Shown: in pieces, positions 7,736 to 17,600 of the stretch
Layout: every line of letters begins with the position of its first letter
Numbering within the stretch: position 1 is the stretch's first letter
Assembly: GCA_942493095.1 (NCBI GenBank)
Contig: OW818675.1
Coordinates: forward strand, 1,080,001-1,112,000
Reading direction: 5' to 3'
DNA length: 32,000 nt
DNA from: Candidatus Electronema halotolerans
GTDB taxonomy: Bacteria > Desulfobacterota > Desulfobulbia > Desulfobulbales > Desulfobulbaceae
Program-made: the position numbers and the translations under genes
Notes under the pieces: model-generated
Database searches by the model: none
Told to the model about the DNA's origin: nothing
The model's input: only the letters and a program-made list of their open reading frames with translations

Positions 7736-9016
7736 TCAGGAGGCTTCGTCCTGATTGAGATGGAAGAGGCTGCGCACCACGGCAATGCGCTCCTGCCGGT
7801 TGGCGCACTCGTGCTCGCTTTTCAGATATTGCAGCGGGTGATGAAGGAGCTTGCCAGCAATGGCTGAGGCCATCCGTTCCACGGACTTGCGCTCCTTGTC
7901 ACTGATGCCGTTCAGGCGGGACAGGGTTTTCTCCAGCTCGGCCTGGCAGATCGACTCAGCCGCAGCTTGCAGCTCAACAATGGTCGGCGTGACCTCCATT
8001 GCCTCCAGCCAGCGCATGAACTTGATCGTCTCCTCCTCAACAATGCGCTTGGCCTTGACCGCCTCCCGGTCGCGCTGCTCCTTGTTCATCTCCACCACAT
8101 TGTTGAGATCGTCAATGTCGTAAAGATAGACGTTGTCGAGCGTGTTGATCTCCGGGTCCAAGTCGCGGGGCACGGCAATGTCGATCAGGAACAGAGGCCT
8201 GTGGCGGCGGCGCGGCATGATTGAGGCCACGTCCTTTTTGCTGAGGATCAAGTCTGTTGCGCCGGTGGAGCTGATGAGTATGTCTGTTTCGGCCAGTTGT
8301 TCGAGCAGCTCGTCCAGACTGGCCGCCTGGCCTTTGAAGCGGGCCGCCAATTTCACCGCCCGCTCCAAGGTGCGGTTGACCACTGTCACCTCGGCAATGC
8401 CTTGGCTGATCAGATGCTCGGCAGCCAGCTCGGCCATCTCACCTGCGCCGACCAGCATGGCCTGCTTGCCCTGCAAGTCGCCGAATATCTTCCGGCCCAG
8501 CTCCACAGCAGCATAGGAAATCGACACGGCACTGGCCCCGATCCGGGTCTCTGTCCGCACCCGCTTGGCAGCCGAGAAGGCCTTGTGCAGGAGCCGGTTG
8601 AGAATCAGCCCCGCAGTCTTCTGCTCAGAGGCATGACGGTAGGCTTCCTTGAGCTGGCCAAGGATTTGGGCCTCGCCGACAATCATGGAATCCAAGCTGG
8701 CTGCGACGGTGAAGAGATGCCGCACCGCCTCGCTGCTGAAATGGGTGTAAATGCAGGGTTCCAAATCCTCCCAGCTCACCCGGCCTGCAAAGAGCAGTTC
8801 CAGCACCTCCCGCCTTGTCTGCTCCGGTTCCGCGCAGACAAAAAGCACTTCCACCCGGTTGCAGGTTGAGAGCAAGTAATGCTCTTTCAAGCTGCGGAGC
8901 TGGCGGAGCTGATTGAGCGGCTCCTCATAGCCGCTGCTCAGAGCCAGCTTTTCCCGGATTTCCAGCGGCGTGTTCTTGTGATTCACCCCCAGCAGGACAA
9001 TGGAGTCACGGCCCAT
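7736..9016 (-). CDS. hemA: Glutamyl-tRNA reductase
   Basis: MGRDSIVLLGVNHKNTPLEIREKLA, LSTCNRVEV, SLDSMIVGEAQILGQLKEAY, ISYAAVELG. Confidence 0.97.
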   Translation of the reverse strand: MGRDSIVLLGVNHKNTPLEIREKLALSSGYEEPLNQLRQLRSLKEHYLLSTCNRVEVLFVCAEPEQTRREVLELLFAGRVSWEDLEPCIYTHFSSEAVRHLFTVAASLDSMIVGEAQILGQLKEAYRHASEQKTAGLILNRLLHKAFSAAKRVRTETRIGASAVSISYAAVELGRKIFGDLQGKQAMLVGAGEMAELAAEHLISQGIAEVTVVNRTLERAVKLAARFKGQAASLDELLEQLAETDILISSTGATDLILSKKDVASIMPRRRHRPLFLIDIAVPRDLDPEINTLDNVYLYDIDDLNNVVEMNKEQRDREAVKAKRIVEEETIKFMRWLEAMEVTPTIVELQAAAESICQAELEKTLSRLNGISDKERKSVERMASAIAGKLLHHPLQYLKSEHECANRQERIAVVRSLFHLNQDEAS

Positions 9017-9017
9017 C

Positions 9018-9824
9018 TCAGCTTCCTCCTCCTTTGAGCAGCAGAAAGAAGAAAGTCACTAAGGTGGCGCAGAAGGCCAGCATGGTCAGTAGGGCGACTT
9101 GACGGCCCCGCCAGCCCTTGGCAAAGCGCAGGTGCATCAGCCCGGCATAGAGCAGCCAGGTCACTAATGCCCCGACAATCTTGGAATGCCAGCCCCAGCT
9201 CCGTTGGCCGCCAAGCTGGAAGGCCCAGACCGAGCCGACAATCATGCCCAAGGTCATGAGGGGAAAGCCGATGCTGACGCAGTGCTGGTTGAGGGTGTCC
9301 AAGGTGTCGAGCGAGGGCAGGCGGTGATAGAAGAAGCCGAAGCGTTTCTGCTTGAGCTGCCGTTCCTGAATCAGGTACATCAGGCCGCCAATGGCTGCCA
9401 AGGCGAGAAAGGCATCCGCGACAATTGAGATGGAGGCATGAACCGGCAGCAGCCATGAGCGCAGCTCCGGCGGCAAGGGCATGATCTCATGCGGGGCAAA
9501 GGCGGCGGCCAGCATCAGCAGGGCCACTACGAGGGAGGCAAAGGCCCCGAAGTTCTTGACCGGGTAGCGCCAGCGGAAGGTGATATGGCCGCAGGCGATG
9601 GACCAGGCGAAAAAGGAGATGATCTCGTGAATGCTGGTGATCGGGGTGTGCCCGGCCTCAAGATAGCGGGCCGCGATGTTGACCGTGTGCAGGGCCGCAG
9701 CAGTGAAAAAGAAAGCCCGGCCCCAGCCGCGCACCTTCTTTTTTCTGCCGACAAAGAACACGGCGTAAAAAATGGCGGCAGCCCAGTATGCTGCCAGGCT
9801 GCAAAGAAAAAGCAGATAACTCAT
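9018..9824 (-). CDS. Cytochrome c assembly (CcsA/HemX-like) membrane protein
   Basis: 268-aa multi-TM ORF with SIHEIISFFAWSIA, LLPVHASISIVADAFLALAAIGGLMYLIQE, WGWHSKIVGALVTWLLYAGLMHLR; hemA neighbour. Confidence 0.87.
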   Translation of the reverse strand: MSYLLFLCSLAAYWAAAIFYAVFFVGRKKKVRGWGRAFFFTAAALHTVNIAARYLEAGHTPITSIHEIISFFAWSIACGHITFRWRYPVKNFGAFASLVVALLMLAAAFAPHEIMPLPPELRSWLLPVHASISIVADAFLALAAIGGLMYLIQERQLKQKRFGFFYHRLPSLDTLDTLNQHCVSIGFPLMTLGMIVGSVWAFQLGGQRSWGWHSKIVGALVTWLLYAGLMHLRFAKGWRGRQVALLTMLAFCATLVTFFFLLLKGGGS

Positions 9825-10474
9825 CTGTTCTGTTCCGGCTGAAAATCCGCGTCAGGCCCCAGAACTGCGCGCAGATGGCTGCGCAGCCGCTCCCATTGGC
9901 CGTTTCGTATCCAGTCGAGTATATCTGCATGCAGGATATTCGCAAACAGATTTTTTCGTGCGACCTCGTCCCGCTGCCCGGCCAGCTCCTGCGCCCGGAT
10001 CCGTCCCAGCAGGTCAAGCAGGACGGCGTATTCCGGGCCATAGTCGGCTTCGAGCCGCTTTCTGATCCGGGCGGACAGGGCCGGGCTTCGGCCATTGGTT
10101 GACACGGCAATGGTCAGGTCGCCCTGCCGGAGCACTGCTGGCACCTGAAAGCCGCACTGGTCCGGCGCGTCCGCCACATTGACCAACTGCCCAGCCGCTA
10201 CAGCTGTCTGCGCCACCAGCTCGTTGACCTGCCTGTTGTCAGTGGCGGCAAAGACCAGCATGGCCCCGGCCAGATCATCAGCCTGAAAGCAGCGGCCCAG
10301 CCAGTCAATCCGGCCTGCGGCGGCCAGCTCATGCAGCGGTTCAGTGAGCTGCGGACTGACCGCCCGCACCTGCGCCCCGGCCTTGAGCAGGGCACGTATC
10401 TTCCGCTCTGCCACCCTGCCCCCGCCGACCACCACGCAGAGCTGGCCGCTGATGTTGAGGGTGACAGGATACAT
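9821..10474 (-). CDS. Precorrin-2 dehydrogenase/sirohydrochlorin ferrochelatase-like (siroheme synthase N-terminal domain)
   Basis: MYPVTLNISGQLCVVVGGGRVAERKIRALLKAGAQV, LVFAATDNRQVNE, GDLTIAVSTNGRSPALSARIRKRLE. Confidence 0.92.
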   Translation of the reverse strand: MYPVTLNISGQLCVVVGGGRVAERKIRALLKAGAQVRAVSPQLTEPLHELAAAGRIDWLGRCFQADDLAGAMLVFAATDNRQVNELVAQTAVAAGQLVNVADAPDQCGFQVPAVLRQGDLTIAVSTNGRSPALSARIRKRLEADYGPEYAVLLDLLGRIRAQELAGQRDEVARKNLFANILHADILDWIRNGQWERLRSHLRAVLGPDADFQPEQNR

Positions 10475-10492
10475 GCGGACAGATTAGACAGG

Positions 10493-10780
10493 TCAGCCGA
10501 TGATCTTGGGCACGACAAAGGCCTGGTCATTATGCTGCGGGCTGTTGGCCAAGGCCGCCTCCCGTGGCAGCGAGGGCCGCACCTCATCCTCGCGGAAGGC
10601 GTTGACCGCCTCCTGGCTCCGGGCCGCAGCCGACACCGCGCTGGTGTCCAGCTCATCCAGCTTGGCCACGTAACTGAGAATGTTGTCCAACTGGACAGTC
10701 ATCCGCCCGACCTCCTCTTCGCTCAGTTCCAAGCGGGCAAGGCGGGCGGTCTGTTCAACTTCAGATCGGGTGATTTTCAT
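10493..10780 (-). CDS. gatC: Aspartyl/glutamyl-tRNA(Asn/Gln) amidotransferase subunit C
   Basis: MKITRSEVEQTARLARLELSEEEVGRMTVQLDNILSYVAKLDELDT...REDEVRPSL; internal ATG chosen as start. Confidence 0.95.
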   Translation of the reverse strand: MKITRSEVEQTARLARLELSEEEVGRMTVQLDNILSYVAKLDELDTSAVSAAARSQEAVNAFREDEVRPSLPREAALANSPQHNDQAFVVPKIIG

Positions 10781-10942
10781 GGCTGGTTGATTGTGAAAAA
10801 GTGATGAGATTGCAAGCACGTCGCAGGGGCGGCCACAGGGGGCCGCCCTTACTGGAGAAAGACATGACTGATTGAGTATATCCTCATCCAGGATATTCGC
10901 CACATGTTTTCCCGCCCTGCCCTGCCCCCTTCTCAAGCAGGG

Positions 10943-11497
10943 TCAAGCATTCCTGAACTGATAGGCGGCCACGACTCCGCCGACTGCGCCGAACAGGTGT
11001 CCTTCAAAGGAGATGCAGCCCTTGGGGATGAAGCCGCCCAGCATGCCCCAGCCATAGACAACTGCGACAAACAGGGCCACCAGCACTGGCACAAAGGCCT
11101 TTTTCAGCAGGCCGTAGCTGATCAGGAAGGCGGCCAGACCGTAAATAAGCATGCTGGCCCCGATATGGTTGCCTGACCGGCCAAAGAGCCAGAGCAGCGG
11201 GCCGCTGCTGATGATGATCGTGACTATGACCGAGGCAAAGAGGCGGCGGTAGAAGATGGTCAGCAGCAGGCTGAGGACAAACAGCGGCACAGTGTTGCTG
11301 ACAATGTGGCCAAAGTTGGCGTGCAGGAAATTGCTGCTGACAATGCCGACCAGACCGCCGCAGGTGCGCGGCACAATCCCCCACGAGTTGAGGCGGCCCG
11401 GAATAATGAAGTCGGCCAGATAAATTGTCCAGATGGCGCAGACCAGATAGACCGGCCCAGCCGCGACCCCGAATCTGCTTGCTTGTGGGTTGTTCAT
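10943..11497 (-). CDS. Rhomboid-family intramembrane protease-like protein
   Basis: SNFLHANFGHIVSNTVPLFVL, GRSGNHIGASMLIYGLAAFL, FEGHLFGAVGGVVAAY. Confidence 0.85.
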   Translation of the reverse strand: MNNPQASRFGVAAGPVYLVCAIWTIYLADFIIPGRLNSWGIVPRTCGGLVGIVSSNFLHANFGHIVSNTVPLFVLSLLLTIFYRRLFASVIVTIIISSGPLLWLFGRSGNHIGASMLIYGLAAFLISYGLLKKAFVPVLVALFVAVVYGWGMLGGFIPKGCISFEGHLFGAVGGVVAAYQFRNA

Positions 11498-11603
11498 GAC
11501 TCAACGGAATCAGGCTGCAATCGAGTCGCAGCTGTTGTTATTTTCTGATCAGGAGAAAGGAGGACAGTCTTGCGGAGCCGAGGCGTTGCTTCTGCCTGTC
11601 GGC

Positions 11604-12467
11604 TCAATGACAGCGTTGCAAGAAGCCGGGCAGCAGGTCCAGCACTTGGGCTAAGGCATCTTCGAGCACATAATGTCCAGCCTCTGGGAAATAATGGCTC
11701 TCTGCCTTGGGGAAACGCCGCCGCCACTCAGCATGAAAGTGATCATTGAAGCAGAAGTCCTGCCCGCCCCAGCAGATCAGCATCGGCTTATCGTGCAGCC
11801 GCGCCAAAGACTGCTCCACTGCACAGAGGGTGTCCCACGAGGGATGGCCGGGCCGCATGGGGATGTCCTGGACAAAGCGATGCACAGCCACCCGGTTGGC
11901 CCAGCTGTTGTAAGGCGCGAGAAAGCCTGCCTTGATCTCAGGCCGCATCTTCTTGCGCACGGCCATGAAGGTGGCTGGCCAAGCAAAGCCATTCAGGCCG
12001 CGCACTAACAGCGCGCCGAGCAGCGGCCAGCGGCAGACGGCTATCCGCAGGGCCAAGTGCTTGGAGCGGAAGGCGGCAGTATTGAAGACGATCAGCCCGG
12101 CGACCCGCTCCGGGTGCTGGCCTGCCCAGCCCATGCCAATGGCCCCGCCCCAGTCATGCACAGCCAGCACGCAGCGTTCAATGCGCAGGTGATCAAGCAG
12201 GGCAGTGAAGTTGTCTATATGATGCTGGAGACGATAGGGCCAGTCCTGCGGCTTGGCAGACAGGCCGCAGCCGAGATGATCCGGGGCAATGCAGCGGTGC
12301 GTGCGCCGCAGCGAGGCGATCAGGTTCCTATACAGGTACGACCAAGACGGATTGCCATGCGCCATGACCACAGGCAGGCCGTTGCCTTCATCGACGTAAG
12401 AAAGCTGGTAGCCGTCAGGAGTGGCAAAGGTTTGCGGGGTGAAAGGGTATTCAGCAAAGGTTGGCAT
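11604..12467 (-). CDS. Alpha/beta hydrolase, haloalkane dehalogenase/OleB-like
   Basis: VVMAHGNPSWSYLYRNLI, PDHLGCGLSAKP, AVHDWGGAIGMGWAGQHPERV, EAGHYVLED. Confidence 0.85.
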   Translation of the reverse strand: MPTFAEYPFTPQTFATPDGYQLSYVDEGNGLPVVMAHGNPSWSYLYRNLIASLRRTHRCIAPDHLGCGLSAKPQDWPYRLQHHIDNFTALLDHLRIERCVLAVHDWGGAIGMGWAGQHPERVAGLIVFNTAAFRSKHLALRIAVCRWPLLGALLVRGLNGFAWPATFMAVRKKMRPEIKAGFLAPYNSWANRVAVHRFVQDIPMRPGHPSWDTLCAVEQSLARLHDKPMLICWGGQDFCFNDHFHAEWRRRFPKAESHYFPEAGHYVLEDALAQVLDLLPGFLQRCH

Positions 12468-12498
12468 TAGGAGTTTGGATAATGTTTAAAGAATCGTC

Positions 12499-12553
12499 AT
12501 CACGCAGGCGGATGGAACGGCGATGATGAATGTCGGGATTGTATTGCATGACA
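12499..12553 (-). pseudogene. Short fragment of RAYT 5' end
   Basis: Encodes MQYNPDIHHRRSIRLRD before diverging; near-identical to the start of the RAYT at 14430. Confidence 0.6.
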
Positions 12554-12570
12554 TCACAGACCGGAGATGC

Positions 12571-12648
12571 GTAGGGGCGAAAAATTTTTCGCCCCTACAA
12601 CGGGCCAATTCCGTATTCCGTAGGGACAATTCATGAATTGTCCCTACG
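12571..12648. repeat. Paired palindromes P1+P2, left copy
   Basis: GTAGGGGCGAAAAATTTTTCGCCCCTAC (12571-12598) and CGTAGGGACAATTCATGAATTGTCCCTACG (12619-12648); same block recurs at 14470-14547. Confidence 0.9.
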
Positions 12649-12882
12649 GATGCAGCGCATCCTCTTCCCAGTGGGTCGGATTATTACAGATATATTCACG
12701 AATGCGGTGCAGGTCGGCATCATCGCGGATGATATGTTCCCAGTAATTGCGTTGCCAGACGGTATGAACATCGGTATGTTGCCGCATCCATTTTGTCACC
12801 CAGATTTTGAATCCGCGCACGATTGAACCAATTGTTTTCGATGTGCCGTTTTGTAGGGGCGAAAAATTTTTCGCCCCGACGG

Positions 12883-14146
12883 CTTACCATCCATCACTTT
12901 TCTTGACAGAGCTTGAACGCCGGAGTAAAAAGATTGAAAAAACAATTCGTTTATTCAAACTCTGTGAAATATGAGCACGATCAGTCATCTGGCAGAGGAA
13001 ATCTCGTCCGGCCTGCGAGACGTTTTGCCCGGAATTAACAGGAATCCTCTGCGCAAGTTAAGCTTGTGCGCGGCGGCGGTTTTGGAAGTTCAGAGTTGCA
13101 ATACTATGGACATGGCGGCTGTCCTTCCGCTGGAAACAGAACGGATTGACATGCGATATCAGTGGTTAAGCCGTTTCCTGAGCACAGACTCAATCGACAA
13201 TGATGATGTGATGCGGCCTTTCATCCGTCAGGCATTGGAGACGGCCTCCGCTTCGGGAGAAACGCTGATTCTGTGCATTGACCAGACGCAGCTATCCGAC
13301 CGTTTCGGCATTCTTTCGCTGTCATTGCGCTTCGGCGGTCGGGCCCTGCCTCTGCTATGGCGGGTCCGAAAAGGACAGGGCAATATCGGCTCGGATATCT
13401 GCATGGAACTTCTTGAAAAAATAAAATCATTCCTTCCAGAGGGCAGCAGAGTGCTGCTGCTCGGCGACCGTTTTTACGGTCAAGCGCCGCTGATTGCATT
13501 CTGCCACCGCAGCGGCTGGGATTATCGGCTCCGCCTCAAGGAAAATCTTAAAGTTTTCAATGAGGCCGGCGATGAGACATCTCTTGCGGACCTTGTTCCT
13601 GCTGAAAAGAAAGGTCGCAAGGAACTGCTTATGAAAAATATTTATCTGACAGAACAGCGGGTTCAGACAAATTTAAGCATTCTCCAGGAGCCGGGACATG
13701 ATGAGCCTTGGCTGCTGGCAGTCGGAGGAACTGAGCCAAATTATTATAAAACACTTGATTACGGCATGCGCTGGGGATGCGAGGCCATGTTCAGCGATTT
13801 CAAAACCAGGGGGTTCGGTTTGGAGGACACAAAACTGGAGCGCGCCGACAGAATCGCCAGACTGATGCTGATCCTCTCGGTCGCCATGCACTGGTGCGTA
13901 CTCGCCGGACTCCGCGACAGGATGCGGAACCCGCTTCCAAGAGAAAAAAAACTGAAAATTTCGGATTTGACGACGTTGCCGACAAGGATGCGGAACAGCA
14001 TGAGCTGCCGCCAGTCGTCAGAAAAACTTGGAGAAGTGTCTGTTCTTATTTCAAAAGAGGACTCAGGCTGCTCAGAAGATACGCTCAGATGCTCCGTCCC
14101 CTGCCTCCCTTGTTTTTTACATTGCGAAAAAGTGATGGATGGTAAG
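12883..14146 (+). mobile_element. Complete IS4-family insertion sequence, 1264 bp
   Basis: Perfect 19-bp terminal inverted repeats CTTACCATCCATCACTTTT (12883-12901) / AAAAGTGATGGATGGTAAG (14128-14146); 10-bp target duplication GCCCCGACGG (12873-12882 and 14147-14156). Confidence 0.95.
12971..14145 (+). CDS. IS4-family DDE transposase, frameshifted near 13944-13951
   Basis: ILCIDQTQ, LLLGDRFYG and the IS4 YREK signature YGMRWGCEAMFSDFK. The expected C-terminus (KTENFGFDD...KRGLRLLRRYAQMLRP...KSDGW*) is in the -1 frame and stops inside the IS. Confidence 0.85.
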
Positions 14147-14469
14147 GCCCCGACGGTGTCGGTCAAAACCACAATTCCATGCAGATGATTCGGCATGATG
14201 ACCCATTCATCCAATGCCGAATGTGGAAAATGCGATGGAATTTCCCGCCAGCATTGTGCCGCAATCCGGCCTGCCGCATTCAACATCATTACACCGTCCG
14301 CAATTTCCCCAAATAAACATTCGTGGTTATGGGTGCAGACGGTGACAAAATACGCCCCGGCCTGCGAATAATCGTAATCACGCAGGCGGATGGAACGGCG
14401 ATGATGAATATCGGGATTGTATTGCATCACAAATTTGCGGGTTGCGATTGGTTTCGTGTTGCAATCACC

Positions 14470-14547
14470 GTAGGGGCGAAAAATTTTTCGCCCCTACAAC
14501 GGGCCAATTCCGTATTCCGTAGGGACAATTCATGAATTGTCCCTACG
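14470..14547. repeat. Paired palindromes P1+P2, right copy
   Basis: Same 78-bp block as 12571-12648: P1 14470-14497, P2 14518-14547. Confidence 0.9.
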
Positions 14548-14628
14548 ATGGGAAGAGAACGCAGCAGGCCGAACGGTTGCTTTGGTGGGGTGCTGGCAAG
14601 GCAAAATGCGCAAATGATAGCCCGCTTG

Positions 14629-17600
14629 CTACCAAGCACCAATAGCAGCACCTCCTATAAAATCGTTTAAATCGTTATCTGGGCGAAACGATTCATCCGG
14701 TTTTATCGGATAAGGCATACATGATTTACCAGTAGTAAACTTTCCTGCATTTTCTAAAAAATCATCAACATTTTCATAGAAACCGCTATCAAAATCATCA
14801 ATGAATTTGAAATAATTGTTTTTTAGTGATTTCACTCCAAACAACTTTGACTTCCAGTTTACAGGAGGTCTCCCTACATCTCCTCGTGGAAATAATTGTT
14901 TTTTGATTATCCTCTTAAAAGGAGACATAATCAACTCCTCTGAGAGGTCTAAAATATTAAAACCTTCGTTCAAGGCTTTGCTTTTGCTAATATTTATTTT
15001 TTCATCATCTTTTATTTGTCTTATGATCTCTCTTGCTGATTCATCAATCCCATCGTATAGGTATTCTCCACCTTTCAATATGTATTTTCCGTATTTATAG
15101 TCATCTATTGCAGATGATACATATTTATACGATTTTATTCCTTTTCCAACTTTATTTAATCCTGCTGGAACAAAAGGAATAGCTGTTGCAATAAGGTCTA
15201 AACCAAGATCAAACCCAGCAGATTTCAATCCATTTAAGGCATCCTTTTTAAGGCATTCATCATCATTCATATTGGCAGCAATCAACTCTCCTGTTGACCA
15301 AGCAATTCGAGCAAGATCAACTCCAACATTAGCAGCATCCCATAATGTATCGATAAAATAACCATTTTTATCGATATAATTCACCGGATTATTTTCAACA
15401 TACCCAAACCTATGCAAACTCCCCGGCTCATCCAACCTTCCCCTGTACACATCCTGCCCCATCCACACCCCAGTTTCCGGCTCATAATGCCGTGCGCCGA
15501 ACCAGACTAAGCCGGTGTTCTCATCAAATTCCTTGCCCGTCAGCGTGTAATGGTTGTGCGGATCAGTGAAATTGCCATTCTCCGGGATCACTGCCCCGTA
15601 TGGTTCATAGCGGTAGGTGTGGGCCGCATTGCCGTTCTGCTTGGTCAGCCCGGCCACATCGCCCTTGCGGTTGTAGTGGTACCAGTGGAGCTGGCCTGCC
15701 GCGCCGGAGTTGAAATGCTGACTGACACTGATTTCGTTGTCCGTGCCGCGATAATAGTTGTCATACTGACCGTTTAACTGATTGTACTCCGCCACCGGAT
15801 CAAGTCCGTCAAAAGCGTACTCAACCCGCTTCAGACCACCTTTGCCAGCCTTGGGGTCGTAGCTCTGGGCCAAGCGTCTGCCGCCGCCGTCATAGTCCAG
15901 CAGGGTCACAGCCCGGTTTATCCGATTCTTGCCGCCCTTGCCTGCAAGCTGATAGTCCAAAGCTCTGATCAGGCGGTTTTCCGGGTCAAAGCTGTAGTCT
16001 GTGCCATACACCGGGCCGTTGCTGTCGCGCTCCGTCCGACCGATGCGGCTGCCGTTGCTATCGTAGCGGTATTCTTGAATAATGCTGCGGTTCGGGTTCG
16101 CAGTCATGGAATTGGTCTCAGCCCGCAGGAGCTGATTGGCGGCGTTGTAGGCGTAGGTTCTGCTGAAACCGTCACCGGGCTGCGCCGTGCTCAGGTCGTC
16201 GTCCGTCTGCCAAGAAAGGCGGTTGCCGACCGGATCATAGGCATAGCGCATTGTCGCTGTATTGCCATTGTTTTTCAGCGGGCTGATGCTGACTTCCGCC
16301 AAACGGCGCAGGCCGTCGTAGGCATAGCTTTCCTGCTGCTCTTCCGGGTTGCGCCAGCCATAGCGTTTGCTGGCCTCAATGACATGGCCCAGCTCGTTGT
16401 AAGTATAGGCAAAGGCAACGATATTCTTGCCCTTGGCAGCAGTGGCCCGGCTCAGAGTGCGGTACACCCGGTCATATTCAATTTCGGTTTCCGTCGTGTT
16501 GGCATTGACGATCTTGGTGACGCTGCCGACCTTGTTGCGGCTGTATTCGGTCTGTTGGGACAATTCATGAATTGTCCCTACGGTCATCATTTGCAGCCAG
16601 TTGTTCGGACTGTAGGCGTATTCCACCAGACTGCCGTCCGGGTAGCGCAGAGCGGTGCGGTTGCTGTCCGCATCGTAGGCAAAGGCCAACGCACTGCCGA
16701 GCGGATCAGTTGTGCCGGTCACGCGGCCCAAGGGGTCATACTGCCAGTTTGTCTCGCCCAGCCAGTCTTTCATCAGGGTGCGGCGGTTGTCCGCGTCGTA
16801 GGCATAGCTGACCGCCGAGCCGTCGGCATAAGCAATGCGTTGCAGCAGATCATCCGGGAAAAAGGCGTACTCAGTCAGGGCATTGTTGCCGTCCTTGCGG
16901 CTGATCCGGTTGCCCATGCCGTCATAGGCATACTGCCACGTCTTGCCGAGCGGGTCAGTTTCCTGAAGCAGATTGCCGACTTTGTCATAAGAAAAACGAG
17001 TGGCCGCATTATTGGCATTGACGATTTCCAAGAGCAGACCACGGGCATCATAAGCGTAGCGGGTGACGGCATTCACGTCATCAGCCGGAGCCGCGCCGGG
17101 CCGCCAATTCTGGATTACTTGGTTCAGACGGTACAGGCCGTCATGACCGTAGCGAGTCACGCCCCCGTCCGCCTCAACAAGCTGAACTTTATTACCCATC
17201 AAATCATAGACATAGCCGATTGTTTCGTCTTCTGCATTGGTGCGGCTAATCTTGCGGTCAAGATCGTCGTAAATGTACTGCGTCGCATTACCTTCAGCAT
17301 CAGTTCTGCTGATCAGATTATCCACCTTATCATAGGCATAGCTCGTTGTTCCGTCTTCAAAATCAACCGCTTCAACCCGGCGGTGAGCGGCATCGTAGGC
17401 AAAAGAAGCCTGATGGCCGAGCGGATCGGTCAGGCTGGTGAGATTGCCTGCCAAATCATAGCCGTATTCTACAGTCACATTGCTCTGCTGATCCGCAGCT
17501 TGGGCCGGGTCATAGTTGCGGATCATGGCGGCCCGGCGGTCAAGGGCATCGTATTCGTAGCGGGTGACAATGCCCAAGGCAGAGGTCTTGCTGATCAGGT

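Larger units (their letters stand above)
12644..14430 (-). pseudogene. REP-associated tyrosine transposase (RAYT, Y1 family), interrupted by an IS4-family element
   Basis: N-terminal part (14430-14147): MMQYNPDIHHRRSIRLRDYDYSQAGAYFVTVCTHNHECLFG...WVIMPNHLHGIVVLTDTVG. C-terminal part (12872-12644): ...IGSIVRGFKIWVTKWMRQHTDVHTVWQRNYWEHIIRDDADLHRIREYICNNPTHWEEDALHP*. In-silico excision of the IS restores one frame. Confidence 0.88.
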
